A DNA stretch of 64,000 nucleotides from Curvularia clavata (Eukaryota). The stretch is from NCBI GenBank assembly GCA_023920165.1, contig CP089278.1:992001-1056000 (forward strand), written 5' to 3'. The stretch's first letter is position 1, and each line of letters begins with the position of its first letter. The translations under genes and the position numbers were made by a program. Of the stretch, positions 52,996-64,000 are shown in pieces. The notes under the pieces were generated by a model. That model ran no database searches. It saw only the letters and a program-made list of their open reading frames with translations, and was not told the DNA's origin.

Positions 52996-54153
52996 TTATC
53001 CCCGCAGCGGCAGTACATGCTGCACCAGACATGTCTGTCTGCAAAGTGGGCATTCTGGCTTTTCCCTCGCCCAGTCCCCAATGCACGTCCAGCAAAAGAC
53101 GTGTCCGCACGTCGTCACGCTCGGGTCCTTCATTTCCTCCAAGCAAAGCGTGCACTTTCTGTTCGCTGCACCGATCCAGCCCATTGTGTCTTCGTCTCCT
53201 AGCTCGTACCTCGGCTTATCCGTCGGCGGCGTATGCGTCCACTTCTGCACGTCTGAGGGCGCTGCGGTCGGGACGGAGGGCGTAGCAGCGTCGAACAGGA
53301 GCGCGTTGTTGGCGCTGTAGGCGTTTGGATCTAGCGACACTTCTGCGCCTCCGCCCACCATGGCCGACGTACCGTGTGGGTGGCTGCCGCCGCCGACTGC
53401 CGCTGCTGCCGTCGACGACGCAACGGTATTGTGCACGTGAAGATAGGCCTGCACTGCCATCTGCAGCACCAGCAACACACCGAGGACCTCGTAGCCCGCG
53501 CGGTTATCTCCCTCGGGCACCTTCCGCGTGAAGATATACCGCAGCCCGCATATCCGCTTCGAGAGGTGGTAGTAGCTGCCGGAGAAGTAGAATGTAGCCA
53601 GCGACAGCGCGTAGATGGGAGACGGCGAGGTAATTGTATCCAAGTTCTGCAGTATGTAGTTTTGCACGCGCATACCCAGCGGCCGCCTGGGTTGCGTCTT
53701 AGACGTAGCGTCGTTTCCGCTCTGCATAGCAGCCCGCGCCTGCTGTCGCGCATACCATCGCAGATTCGCCTCGAGCTTCGCACGCACCCGCCGCCTGAAC
53801 GCCGGCAGCGCGCGCCCCAGCATGTATGGACCCAATATACATGCTACAATGTATCCTGCTCTTCGACCCAGTGCAGGTAGTCTACCCGTCTCGCTTTCTA
53901 CTTGTACAATGTCGGTGTATTCCTCGCCCAGCGTTCGGTTTCCGATTAGCGTCGTCAGGCCGAGGTAGAGCAGTTCGCCCAGCACGCGTGTCTCGGATAC
54001 GTAGGTGTGGGCGAAGCGAGCGCCATAGAGTTTGCGGAGCAGTGACGACAGTTGCTCGAGGAGGACGCCAGAGAAGTAGGCGTCTTTTTGGTGTGAGCGG
54101 ATGATGTCTGGAGAGGCGGCGAAGGGGTACGCGAACGGTGGTGAGGGCGCCAT
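52996..54153 (-). CDS. PEX10: Peroxin-10 RING E3 ligase
   Basis: PDIIRSHQKDAYF, GNRTLGEEY, YYHLSKR, YEVLGVLL, RING CTLCLE..CGHVFCW.C..ECPLCR. Confidence 0.96.
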   Translation of the reverse strand: MAPSPPFAYPFAASPDIIRSHQKDAYFSGVLLEQLSSLLRKLYGARFAHTYVSETRVLGELLYLGLTTLIGNRTLGEEYTDIVQVESETGRLPALGRRAGYIVACILGPYMLGRALPAFRRRVRAKLEANLRWYARQQARAAMQSGNDATSKTQPRRPLGMRVQNYILQNLDTITSPSPIYALSLATFYFSGSYYHLSKRICGLRYIFTRKVPEGDNRAGYEVLGVLLVLQMAVQAYLHVHNTVASSTAAAAVGGGSHPHGTSAMVGGGAEVSLDPNAYSANNALLFDAATPSVPTAAPSDVQKWTHTPPTDKPRYELGDEDTMGWIGAANRKCTLCLEEMKDPSVTTCGHVFCWTCIGDWAREKPECPLCRQTCLVQHVLPLRG

Positions 54154-54993
54154 GGCGATGGCCTTGTGCGTGTGTGAGTATCGCAATCAGAGTGTGAGAA
54201 AAGCAATGCGACAGTTTCCTGATGATGGGCTTGTTGTTGTCGTTGTCGTTGCCGAGGATCACTGTCTACATGGTTTGGTGTTGATGCGCATGCGCTCCGG
54301 GACGCAGTGACGACCAACCTCGGCCTGTGCCTTGCAGGTACCCAATGCTCGGACGTCGCGTCTACCCTCCGGTTTGTTCTCCACCCATATCATAGCGCGA
54401 ACAGAGCAGCTGTTCGCACATTCTGGTCTTGTCTGTCGCCGATACTGCTTCAATTCAAGCGTGTCTGGTCTTAAATCCCGCAATGCAATCGACAAACCGC
54501 GCAGACCTTTCTAACATGGCGCGCCGCCACAACGTCACTCATACTGTGTTTCGGCTTACTACTCAACAGGAAACATATATTGGGATTTCCCGGGTAAGAC
54601 TCGTCACGCCATATCTAAACGCGAGTGAACGCCCTTTTCAAACGTTCGCAGCAAGAACATTCTACAACCCCTGAGCTTTTGTAGTGGACCGAGTGAGCGG
54701 ACGACGGTGCTAACCGCTTTCTTTTTTACTAGACGGTGAGTTGTAAGGTAGGTTGAGATAGGTGGGCTAGTAGGCGTTAGGCGAACCGGTAAGAAGAAAA
54801 TGCAAGGGAAAAAAGGTGATAAAAAGTGTCTTTTCTCTCAGTTCCTGCTATCATTGTTGAGTTCGTTTTATGGTTGATAGTTAATCAGCGTTCGTTCTCA
54901 TGAATCTTTATATCCAAAGTTACTTGGTGTATCCAAACCAATACCACATTTCAATTGCAAAGGGCAATGCGTGATGTATGAACGGACCCCCAG

Positions 54994-56402
54994 CTAACTG
55001 AAAAAGGCACCCTTCTTCTTCCGTCCTTTCCCAATTCCTACACGTATCTTGTACTCTGCTACCAGGTCCCTGGCGCCTTCGAGATCCTCTTCGGGCAACC
55101 AGTCATGGCTATCTTCGTATCCTTCCCATTTCACAAGATAATATATCTTCTCGCTATCGTGGTAGTGCTCAAGAATGGATTCGACGACGTATTCGTCTTC
55201 CGTTGAATTGTCGTTGTTGGGGGAGTTGCCATTATGCTGGGTCTGTTGGGGTACTAAAGAGTCGTCAAGAGCGGCTGAGGGTGCATGTGAGGTATATTCC
55301 GGGGCAGGCGATAAAGATGCAGGCGGCTTGGTCTGAGGATAGGGACTCGAGTCTAGGTCCACCACAGACGAGCGGTCTGAGAAGAGAACGGCTTGTGCGA
55401 AGGCTTCTGTGGGTATCTGGGGCGCAGATGCTAGAGACAAGTGTCCGACCGAACCAGGGCTATCAAGTCTCAGTCTTTTAATTTGGTGATCATCCTCGTC
55501 TAAATCTTGATCCTGTTGCGCAACGAACAGGGGTGAGCCGTGTTCGTCGAGTACAGGTCGATGCGCGGTCGATAAAGAGAATCTCCTGTGGATTGGTGAT
55601 ACTGAGAGAGCGCTGTTGGCGACAAAGGCGGAGCGCATTAAGCCAGGTGATGGTTGAGACTGGCTTTCTAAGATCTCTTCTTCGTCCTCTGTTTCCTGTA
55701 TAACCCGTTGTGATTCTTCGTCCTCTTGGACCACCACAGCCCCAAAATCGTCTCCTAATCTCTCGCCTATGTCATCGCCTCGCACTGATGGTGCTCTTGG
55801 TCTCCCTCTGCCCCTCCCATGCTTTCCTCTAGGCCTACCACGAGCTCGTGGTTGCGATTCTGAAGGTAGGCCTGGTGTGCTGACTATCCGGCCTCTTCCT
55901 CTTCCTCTTGCATTTACTTTTAGCCGCCGACACGCTAATTCCTCCATCTCCTCCCGCAGTGCGATAGCTTCTGCTTCTGCCTCCAGTCTAAACTGCTCGT
56001 TCTCGAACCGCTCCAGTTCAGCCGGAGATACATATTGCAGTATACGGCTGAGGTCTACGTATTCCGTCTCATATCGCTCGGCGCCTTCGTCGGCACGCGT
56101 AATTCGAACGACATAGAAGTTCCTTACAGTCGCGCCTTCAGTCTGCCTGCGATCGAGTATTCGCGTCTGTGCATGCTTTATAGGGCACTCTTCAGGTGGT
56201 TTTGCTGTGACGATGGCTGGTTCTTTGCGAATGCGCCAAAGCTGCTGATAAACATCAGAGCTAGGCTTGTATGGCTCCCACTCCCACTGTGAATTTAATG
56301 AGTAATTTTCTAAGCGTTGGTACCGATATCGCATACCAGCTGCATCTTTCCTCTCCCGCGTCCTCTACCCCGTCCGCGTCCGGGACCACCTTCCAGCACC
56401 AT
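54994..56402 (-). CDS. Chromodomain protein with RG repeats and AT-hook-like motifs (2 exons)
   Basis: Exon 1 56402-56337 (MVLEGGPGRGRGRGRGRGKMQL), intron 56336-56287. C-terminal EYVVESIL..YYLVKWEGYEDSHDWLPEEDL chromodomain. Confidence 0.8.
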
Positions 56403-56757
56403 ATCGACTGTGCGGTAATTTGCTTTGCCGTCCGCAAACACGCTGAATGCGGCCAGTTGTACTGCGACGCGTCATTGTGGAAGGCAAGTCCAGAATTGCC
56501 AGAAGGCGGGTCTACGATGTCTGAACACTGAGGTACTTGATTATTATGCCACTGCCCTGATACGCGTATCAGGTATAGCGCCTACCATACCAAGGTTAGC
56601 GTTCATCCAGCACCGTGCTGAATGTGATGAGCGTACGCATACAGAAAGTTTATTTATTAGACTAGTTGTGATAAAAACTAAAGTCAGAATATAAGAGTAG
56701 CGCACGTGATTTGGGAGCTGAAAAGTCGGGGTATTGCATAGATAAGCTACAAGTACA

Positions 56758-58149
56758 CTACACTTTCGCCTTCCAGTCCCAGCCCACGAGAGAGACTCTG
56801 GTCGCCACAAGTAGGCATCCTCCGACGAAGAACGACAGAGCCGCCCAGGCATTGGCATACGTGTAGTCGCCGTCGTTAATCTGGATCAGTGCGCCAGCGA
56901 GCGGGGGGCCCGTGAAACTCGATACGCTTACGATTGTAAATGCCATGCCCATTCTCACGCCCGCCTTTTTCAAATCTCCTTCTCGAGTCATGTTCCCAAT
57001 TACGGCAGGCCATAGTGCCTGGATGACGGCGCTTCCGCTGCCATATATGACAGCAAAAACATATAATGTAGCAATGGACTTGATACCGATCCATGCAAAC
57101 ATCATGACTCCACAAACAAAGGCAAAAGGAATCAACACATTCAATCTCCCAACCTTGTCAGCGTAGTATGTAGGCAGTACCCGGAACAAAAATCCCATGG
57201 AAACCTGCACGAGCAGCAGGTTAATCGACTGCTGATAGCTGACACCTAGGGTATTGCGTGCATAACTCCCAACGTAGAAGAAGGCAAAGTACAAGCCCCA
57301 AAATAAGAAGAAGGCAGCACTGCAGTACAGGGTATACGGGAGTTCCTTGAAGCTTTCCCAGTCGACCAGGGGCCCAGTTCTCCTAGGTGGGAGCCGGGTA
57401 CGGTACAGAGCAATCGTGACAATGTTCACAGCGAGCATTATAAAGCCGATGATGCGAATAGTCCATGCGAAGCCCAGTCTCGGCAGGCATTGCTGCACAA
57501 TAACCGGAAAGATTACACCTCCAGTGCAAGATCCCACAGCGGTAAAACCCAGTGCAAAAGCGCGGCGCTTGACAAAATAAGTTGACACTAGAGCCATACT
57601 CGGGCAGAACTGCAGTCCATTTGCGATGCCGAGACACACGCCTTGTGACAGGAAGATCTGCCACGCGCTCTTGCATTCCGCCAGCGTGAAGATGCCGACT
57701 ATCTGGAATATTGCTCCAATAACATAAACAGGGCGGAAGAATCCAGCATCAGTGGCGCGACCGGTAAAGGCACCTAGGGAAAATAGAAGGAAGACCTGGA
57801 TAGATCCGATCCATGATATCGTCGACGGCTCGATACCGAGCGTTTTCTCAAAGTAGGTCTGGAACACGCCGAACGAGGTGAAGAAGCCGAAAGTCGACAA
57901 TATAGTTAGATGGGTGCAGAAGACTTGAACCCAAGCTGTGACGCCGCCCTCAGGAGCTGGGCCGGGATCAAAGGATACTGCAGAGCGGCGGGAAAGCACT
58001 CGGGCGATGGGGTTTTGGTCGGATTTGTCCAGCGGCTGTTGTGCATTCCGATTTTCGGCTTGGTCCTGCTTTTCGATGTCGGCATTAGCCACAGCAGGGC
58101 TCGTTGCCTGATAGTCTATTTCTCCTTCATTGATGCGTGGAGCCGCCAT
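56758..58149 (-). CDS. MFS monocarboxylate-transporter-like protein (MCT/Mch family)
   Basis: PEGGVTAW, FGVFQTYF, ISWIGSIQ, YFVKRR, GPPLAGALI; about 12 hydrophobic segments; intronless. Confidence 0.92.
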   Translation of the reverse strand: MAAPRINEGEIDYQATSPAVANADIEKQDQAENRNAQQPLDKSDQNPIARVLSRRSAVSFDPGPAPEGGVTAWVQVFCTHLTILSTFGFFTSFGVFQTYFEKTLGIEPSTISWIGSIQVFLLFSLGAFTGRATDAGFFRPVYVIGAIFQIVGIFTLAECKSAWQIFLSQGVCLGIANGLQFCPSMALVSTYFVKRRAFALGFTAVGSCTGGVIFPVIVQQCLPRLGFAWTIRIIGFIMLAVNIVTIALYRTRLPPRRTGPLVDWESFKELPYTLYCSAAFFLFWGLYFAFFYVGSYARNTLGVSYQQSINLLLVQVSMGFLFRVLPTYYADKVGRLNVLIPFAFVCGVMMFAWIGIKSIATLYVFAVIYGSGSAVIQALWPAVIGNMTREGDLKKAGVRMGMAFTIVSVSSFTGPPLAGALIQINDGDYTYANAWAALSFFVGGCLLVATRVSLVGWDWKAKV

Positions 58150-59303
58150 GGTGGTTGGTCATCTGGGGGTGGCGTTCCAGGCCAGCGATAAGGTAATTGC
58201 GATACCTTTATAGAAGGGAAAACTTCTTTCCATAATGGCACCCCGGGAATAACTCTGGATGGATCTCGTACCGCTGCAAGAGTTACCAAACGCCGAGCCG
58301 ACGCAAGAAAATGGACCAATAGGCTCGTGAAGTGGGGTTGAAAATGTGGGGTATGGTTGTAGATGTGGAGTCATTAGTCGGCGTTTTTTCCGACAATCAC
58401 GAGTTCAAGTTGCGTGCGCCATGTCTTCTATTACGTTTAACGCCCTTTTGTATAGTGACACCGCTGACTGTGCATATGCTCTCAACGATGACACAAAAGC
58501 GGTGGCGCATATTCGACCTGTTGAATTGTGGCGTTCCATGGTATCTTTGAACATCTTTGACTGTCAACTTGCAAGCCTTCATTCACAGTGTGCTTACGAT
58601 ATCGCAGCAGCTTAGCCCTTGCATAAAGTACTTACTTATACTTCAATCTTGGCATACCTTGGAAGGATATCTTGAGCAAAGCTTGTATTATCTACAGCAC
58701 TACGGAGTACACAGCTTCATAGAGCCCAAGTATCGTCGCTCTGAGACTTATGTAATGATGCAATTGATGCGTCAGCTATACCAGACTCGAATCAAAGGAA
58801 TGGCGTCTACTTTAGCATATCAACGCCTCCGTTCTCGATACCGATTGTTTGAGTAAAAAAAGGTGTCAAAACCACATGACAAAATATCGAGCATGTTCAA
58901 TTCGCCGTCAACTGCTGGTGTTGACAGAACGGCTGATTCGCGTAGCAAAGACGGGAATGTGTACCGAGATTGGCCAGCCTCCCAGCCTTACACCTGCAGT
59001 ATTCAACTTGAGCATAGTCTGCGAGAGATGTATTGGATACTGGGAGATTCCATCACACGCTGGATATCTGCATGGCCCAATCAATTCCTTATCGCGGCTT
59101 GCCACCCCTTCAGCGCTCTGGGTCCTGTCAGATATGACGTCGCACTTGGGGATCCCACCTGCACATCTACGACTATAACAATCGTAACTGGTACTTGATA
59201 TTTTTCTTTGAAAAGTTCTGTACTTTGACTGTCTAAGGTTTCTGGTTCAAGGATTTAACTACTATTTCCGGCCTCCAGGTTTGTTCACTTAACTTCTTCA
59301 AAC

Positions 59304-60009
59304 ATGGGTTGCGGCCCGTCATCGCTACGCTTCAGCAAGACTGAAAAAGTCGACGACGGAAATCGCAACAACACAAATTGCGAGGGGTGTAAAGACTGTG
59401 CGTAGATCCTGCATCGGCGCTTTCAAAATTCACTGGCTGACCTTCACATGTACCAGGCCGGAACTGTACAGATTGTAAAAGTGAGCTGCACTCTAGCCGT
59501 CTCAATATTAGTTGTTCAACAAAATTGTGAAGGAGTCAAGACCACACATCTTCCAGTTCCTTTGTACATTCCGTTATGGGGCTGCAACTACATGCGCAGC
59601 CAAACGACATTGTCCTTCCTTTTCCCCGGCAACTATCAGCCATTGCATTTCTCAATGTCTGAAAGTTGTATCGAGCCATTTACCTTTCTTGCTAGTATTA
59701 CTACATGGCCAGATTGCACCAGGTGCCGCAACTGTACGGACTGTGAGGACTGCACATCCTGCGGAAACTGCACGGATTGCGATAACTGCGCCAAGTGTAA
59801 AAACTGCCACGGATGCGATGGATGCGAAGGATGCCAAAACTGCACAGACTGCACTGATTGCATCAAGTAAGTGGCGACTTTCTAATCCAAGGTGTAAATC
59901 CAGACACCGAGAGAACATTGAACGAGAGGTTGATGAGGGCAGTTGCCAGAATTGTACCGATTGCAGTGGGCTGAAAAATGCACGTAACCAGACGGGCGTG
60001 CACAAATAA
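59304..60009 (+). CDS. Cys-rich (Cxx)25 repeat protein, 112 aa, with N-terminal MGCGPS motif (4 exons)
   Basis: Exons 59304-59397, 59457-59480, 59713-59866, 59943-60009 total 339 nt. All introns are GT-AG, and the Cxx register is kept across all three junctions. Confidence 0.82.
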
Positions 60010-60500
60010 TGAGGGAGGTTATGCTGCGGATCGGCGAGAGACATTGTGTCGTCAGCTGAAGTTGATTTTTTCCGCCATGCCGTGAGTTGTCTCACATCAC
60101 AGAAAAGTAAAACTGCAGACAAAGAAATGTAGGAGTCGTCATTGGCACTCACCGTATTTTTCTCGGCATGCAAAACAGAATAAAGCGGCTTGCTATGGCT
60201 GTTGATCTATTAGTTTACTGGAAGTGACTTCTCACTCTCCCTATACCCATGGTTGATACAATGATCCAACCGTTCACACGCATCCATATAGAACACCAGA
60301 TCTTTTCGTTCTTTGTACTGCTACAACTCGACATATCACACATTGTACATCATCAAGCGACTTTGAAGACAATGCTTAGCTCATTACAAACGTCACTATA
60401 TATGAAGACCTTAAAATCCCGTCTAAAGTCCATCAGGGCAAAACTCCGCCTTCGCCACACATCGCACACATTTCCAGCACTCTCATCAGATTATCCGAAA

Positions 60501-60986
60501 ATGGCTTTTCTTAAGTTTAAGCGCATTTGGCCGAATCGCAAGCGAGACGCGCCCGTCATAGACCCTAAGGATTATGCCATTCCCCGTCTGGTCCGCAAGA
60601 AGAAGAAGTCCAAGAAGGTGGCTTTGCCCAAGCCCCAACCTGTCGTCCCCGGGATCGTCCTTGAGGACTTTAGGGATCCAGCGCTTCCTAGTATTACGCT
60701 CCGGCCGGCTACGCCACCAATGCAAATCTTTGACGTACAGGAGCGCTTGTTCGAGCGCTCAGGCGCGGTGTTCATTTTGCGTAAGGAGGAAGCGTCGGCG
60801 CATGCGCTGTCGACACAGCATCTGCAAGTGCCCTCGGAGTCTAGCGCAGTACCGGTGTGTGGAGGCCTGCCGCCGATAGAGGAGTGTGATGAGTCTGAGG
60901 ATTCAGACGACTCTGGCGTAGGTCTGGATGAGGATTGCGAGGCGGATTACCTCACGTATGTGGCTGCTATGGATGGAGAGATCTAG
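60501..60986 (+). CDS. Hypothetical protein with basic N-terminal half and acidic C-terminus
   Basis: GC-rich, coding-like ORF from MAFLKFKRIW with an RKKKKSKK cluster. Upstream in-frame ATGs (e.g. 60372) are possible starts. Confidence 0.55.
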   Translation: MAFLKFKRIWPNRKRDAPVIDPKDYAIPRLVRKKKKSKKVALPKPQPVVPGIVLEDFRDPALPSITLRPATPPMQIFDVQERLFERSGAVFILRKEEASAHALSTQHLQVPSESSAVPVCGGLPPIEECDESEDSDDSGVGLDEDCEADYLTYVAAMDGEI

Positions 60987-61270
60987 AGGCTAGGCAAGCC
61001 TGGTTTTTTTTGTTGATAAGTTCAGGTTAGAGGCAAGGTAATCTTCAAGACTTGGCTAATAAGTTACGCGCATAGCGATAAAAAGTGTATTGTGATCGAT
61101 GCGAAGAATGTAAGCATGTAAGCGAAGCAGTCGATTTGTTGGTGCCTGATTTTATATTGAAGAACGCTGACAAAGAAGCTGTGGAGAAACTAGCTAGACA
61201 ATGTCAGGCGATGTGTGCTAATACACTCTTGAAAGAAACCCGTCATTTTCTATGTATCATGTGTGATGCA

Positions 61271-63803
61271 TCAAAAGTCCCCACCTAGGTCAAATGCCCA
61301 AAAGTCCGGGAATGTCCAACTACTGCCGTCAATCTGCATGTCTTGCAACATATCAAACGGCGAATCTAAGTCCCCTGAGAAAATCCCAGAACCCAGGATA
61401 GCATCTGCACCGTTCGTCTGAGCACGATTGGAATGCTCAGAATTCGTTGGAGTCATACTGAGTCTGTTTGCTGTATCATGAGCAATAGCACTCGCATTGT
61501 GTGCCCCGTCTCCAGAGGGTGAAGCGTTCGACATTGTGGCGCGGAGAGATGCAGCAAAACTATTTGTCGGGTCTTGCTGCATAGCTATCACTCGAAAGGC
61601 CAAGGTGGTAAAGCTGTCAAGAATTCGTTTACACCTCGAGAGAACTTCATCTTTGGGGTTCTCGATATAACTGATTGTTAAGTCGGAGGGAGGCAGAGTT
61701 GGTAGCATGCTAACCGCAGTCAAAATAATGCAATACTCCATGTACCCAGTGCCCAGTCTGAAGACCTTCTGTTCGAATATCTGCTTTACACGTTCAAGCA
61801 TCTTGATGGAAGATGTACATAGTGTCTTGGCGATGAAGGGTTGATGCGGTATTATCGCAAGATACAGTATATCGTCAACTGGAGCTCGGCCTTGGGCTAC
61901 TGCAGGGTCTGTAGAATGGGCTTGGGGATTCGAAGGTATGGTTGATTTTACCCTGTGCTTTGCACAATTCTGAAACACCACTTGAGACAACGTTAACCCA
62001 ACTCTGAGAATGTCGTTGCGAAGATGGCTGAGGACCAAGATGCCTTTCGATAGTAGACCATCATGTATTTCGATCATGGAGTTGCAGACGTCTACACATG
62101 CAGTCAATGAGTACATCCAACGACTGTTACTATGAGCCTCTTTTGCAAATTGCTTATGCAATATCAGAAGATATTGATGAAGCTGCAACCGGAGAAGCGC
62201 AGATGGTACTACAGCTGCCTCATTGTCCCATTCTGGTAAGCTTGAAAGGGCTGCATGTATCTGAGCATCCAGAAGCAACACGTCAGCGTACTGAATGTTG
62301 CTAGATGGTGTGTTCAGTTGGTACGTGAGGTTAACGCGAAACGGTAATGTTTTCAGACTCGCAATCAGATAAGACGTGGAGGTGAATTGCTCATTTGGTT
62401 GCTCTGGGGGCAGTTTCTGCATGTCTGGGGAGAGTGCTTCGTCTTCAATATGTGCTGGCGGAGGCATATCGAAGTACAGCGAAGTAAGCCCGGATTGAAT
62501 GCCACTCTCTACCGAGGACTGCAACTCAAGTTCCGCAACAGTAGCCCATAACCGTTTCTTCATTTGCTGATCGAAGAGTGAGATCCTATCGTTTCCCTGC
62601 AAACCCGGGTTACGGTGCATACCGGATGCCAGAGCAAGTCGGAGAAGATGCCCAGAATTGATCCAATCCTGTTTGAGGCCAATGCAGTTGACCCGCTTGG
62701 CGAGCAGCAACAAACATTGCGTTTGGCAAAACGGTAAAGTTATCCGCCTTGGAGGCTGCAGATTTATCCAATTTTCACAGACGACAATGAGGTCGTGAGC
62801 AGATTGTCGGTCGGCAGTTGTATCTCCAATGAAGATATCGTCTTTTGGACTGAGGCATTTTGTAACGGCAATGATCAGCAATAGCATGACAGTGAAGACG
62901 ACACGCTCTTTATCACTTCCTTTATTCGCCCAGAAAGCTTTGTAATCTTTCCAGAAAGACGGTCCATGCAGAATTCTGTAGCTTGTCTCGCACATTTGAA
63001 AGTACAGAGCAGACTGCTCGTCGACAATGCTTTTCTCTGGAAGCAGGGCAAACATATCGGCATCGGAGTTATGGCTTCCAGTACTGTACTCTTTGGGGGA
63101 CTGCTTCTTCCGACAACGAAATGCTTTGAAGTCATTTTTGACACGCATGATGGAGTGATCCACATTCAAAGCCTCACGTGTGAAGGCCTGCAGCTCAGGG
63201 TACTTGCCAGCGTGTCAGCTCCCACAAGGCATTCACAGATTTATTCGTCGGGAGGAATACCGTAGAGGCTATACTTATAACGCTTGTTCCACCATTAAAT
63301 TGGGTCTTGAAGCCTTTCCCTCTGAGCATGAACTCTTCTGCAATTACTGGTTCTTCGGGTATGGGTTCATTAAACTGCGGCGTATGCTTCGCACGCTGCT
63401 GGACCCACTGCTGTTCCAGCGATAAAGTGCGTTTTTCTTGAGATGTAGCTTTCCATCGCACAGTGTTAGATGTGTCAACAGATGGACTGCTGTCTGCAGG
63501 TCGCGCTACCAGCACGTAAGGTGCGTCGCCGTCAGCTGGTGCGCCTACATTGACATGGGATTCTTCCAGAAGGCGTGGGTCGTACGTGCACTCGTGTCGT
63601 CTTCCCGTTTTTTCGCATCTCCCGCACACTGGAAAGACGCGGTCACACTTCATCTTACGATTCCGACACGCGTAACATGACAAGACCTTGCGCTTCTTGC
63701 TCGTGCGCTGGGACGGACCATCGTCGCCTTCCGGAGCGTCGCGCCGGGGAGGTGTGTTCTCACGCGACCTGTCGCTGATCCATTCTGCACCGGGAGCAGA
63801 CAT
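61271..63803 (-). CDS. Zn(II)2Cys6 transcription factor with fungal-specific middle homology region
   Basis: CYACRNRKMKCDRVFPVCGRC..C cluster; LALASGMHRNP..KKRLWATV. Intron from 63260 (GTATTC) with a probable AAG acceptor before YPELQAF. Confidence 0.92.
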
Positions 63804-64000
63804 GGCGAGTTGGGAACGGTACCACTGCCAATCAATATCGCGGTGTGCGCAATAGCGTGTTAGAGGAAGCTGACAGGGAGATGGAGTGGAGGATACGCAC
63901 GCGGCCTGCCGGCTGACACTCGGATATAATTTCACTAGTTAAGGCGGGGATAGCTTATTTGCGACTAAATACTTGGCTACCTGCATCCTTCCACTTTCTA

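Noticed and set aside
59523..59534. AATTGTGAAGGA (N-C-E-G) inside intron 2 of the Cxx gene as an extra micro-exon
   Set aside because: No AG acceptor and no frame-preserving GT donor; at most a decayed remnant.
59448..60009. Track ORFs 59448-59870 and 59512-60009 as separate genes
   Set aside because: Each contains only part of the spliced Cxx gene plus intron read-through.
1..64000. CRISPR arrays, tRNA/rRNA genes, secondary-metabolite backbone genes, TGA-CTA readthrough signals
   Set aside because: None recognised by eye; tRNAscan-SE and Rfam would be needed to exclude small RNAs.

Overview
Eukaryotic, intron-containing DNA from a filamentous ascomycete (short GT-AG introns with CTRAY branch sites; probably Dothideomycetes, which is an inference). 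I can support about 26 protein-coding genes. The centre (~10.4-54.2 kb) is a dense housekeeping block: Na/Ca exchanger, condensin Brn1, a ubiquitin-like-domain IDR protein, Cyt1, Ape2, Sec59, Atg1, Cyp15, Rpt4, Rrp9, NAT9, Erg26-like, eIF3b, ArfGAP, Atp11 and Pex10. The left flank (0-10 kb) is gene-sparse, with an N2227 methyltransferase bearing a signal-like N-terminus and a GC-AG intron, a secreted class II peroxidase and a small secreted effector-like protein. The right flank (55-64 kb) has a chromodomain protein, an MFS transporter and a Zn2Cys6 transcription factor. The most striking item is a 4-exon gene the ORF track misses (59304-60009). It encodes a 112-aa protein with an MGCxxS lipidation motif and 25 consecutive Cys-x-x triplets arranged in 12-residue repeats. 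No tRNA, rRNA, CRISPR array or intact transposon was recognised. All family calls are from motif recognition, not database searches.
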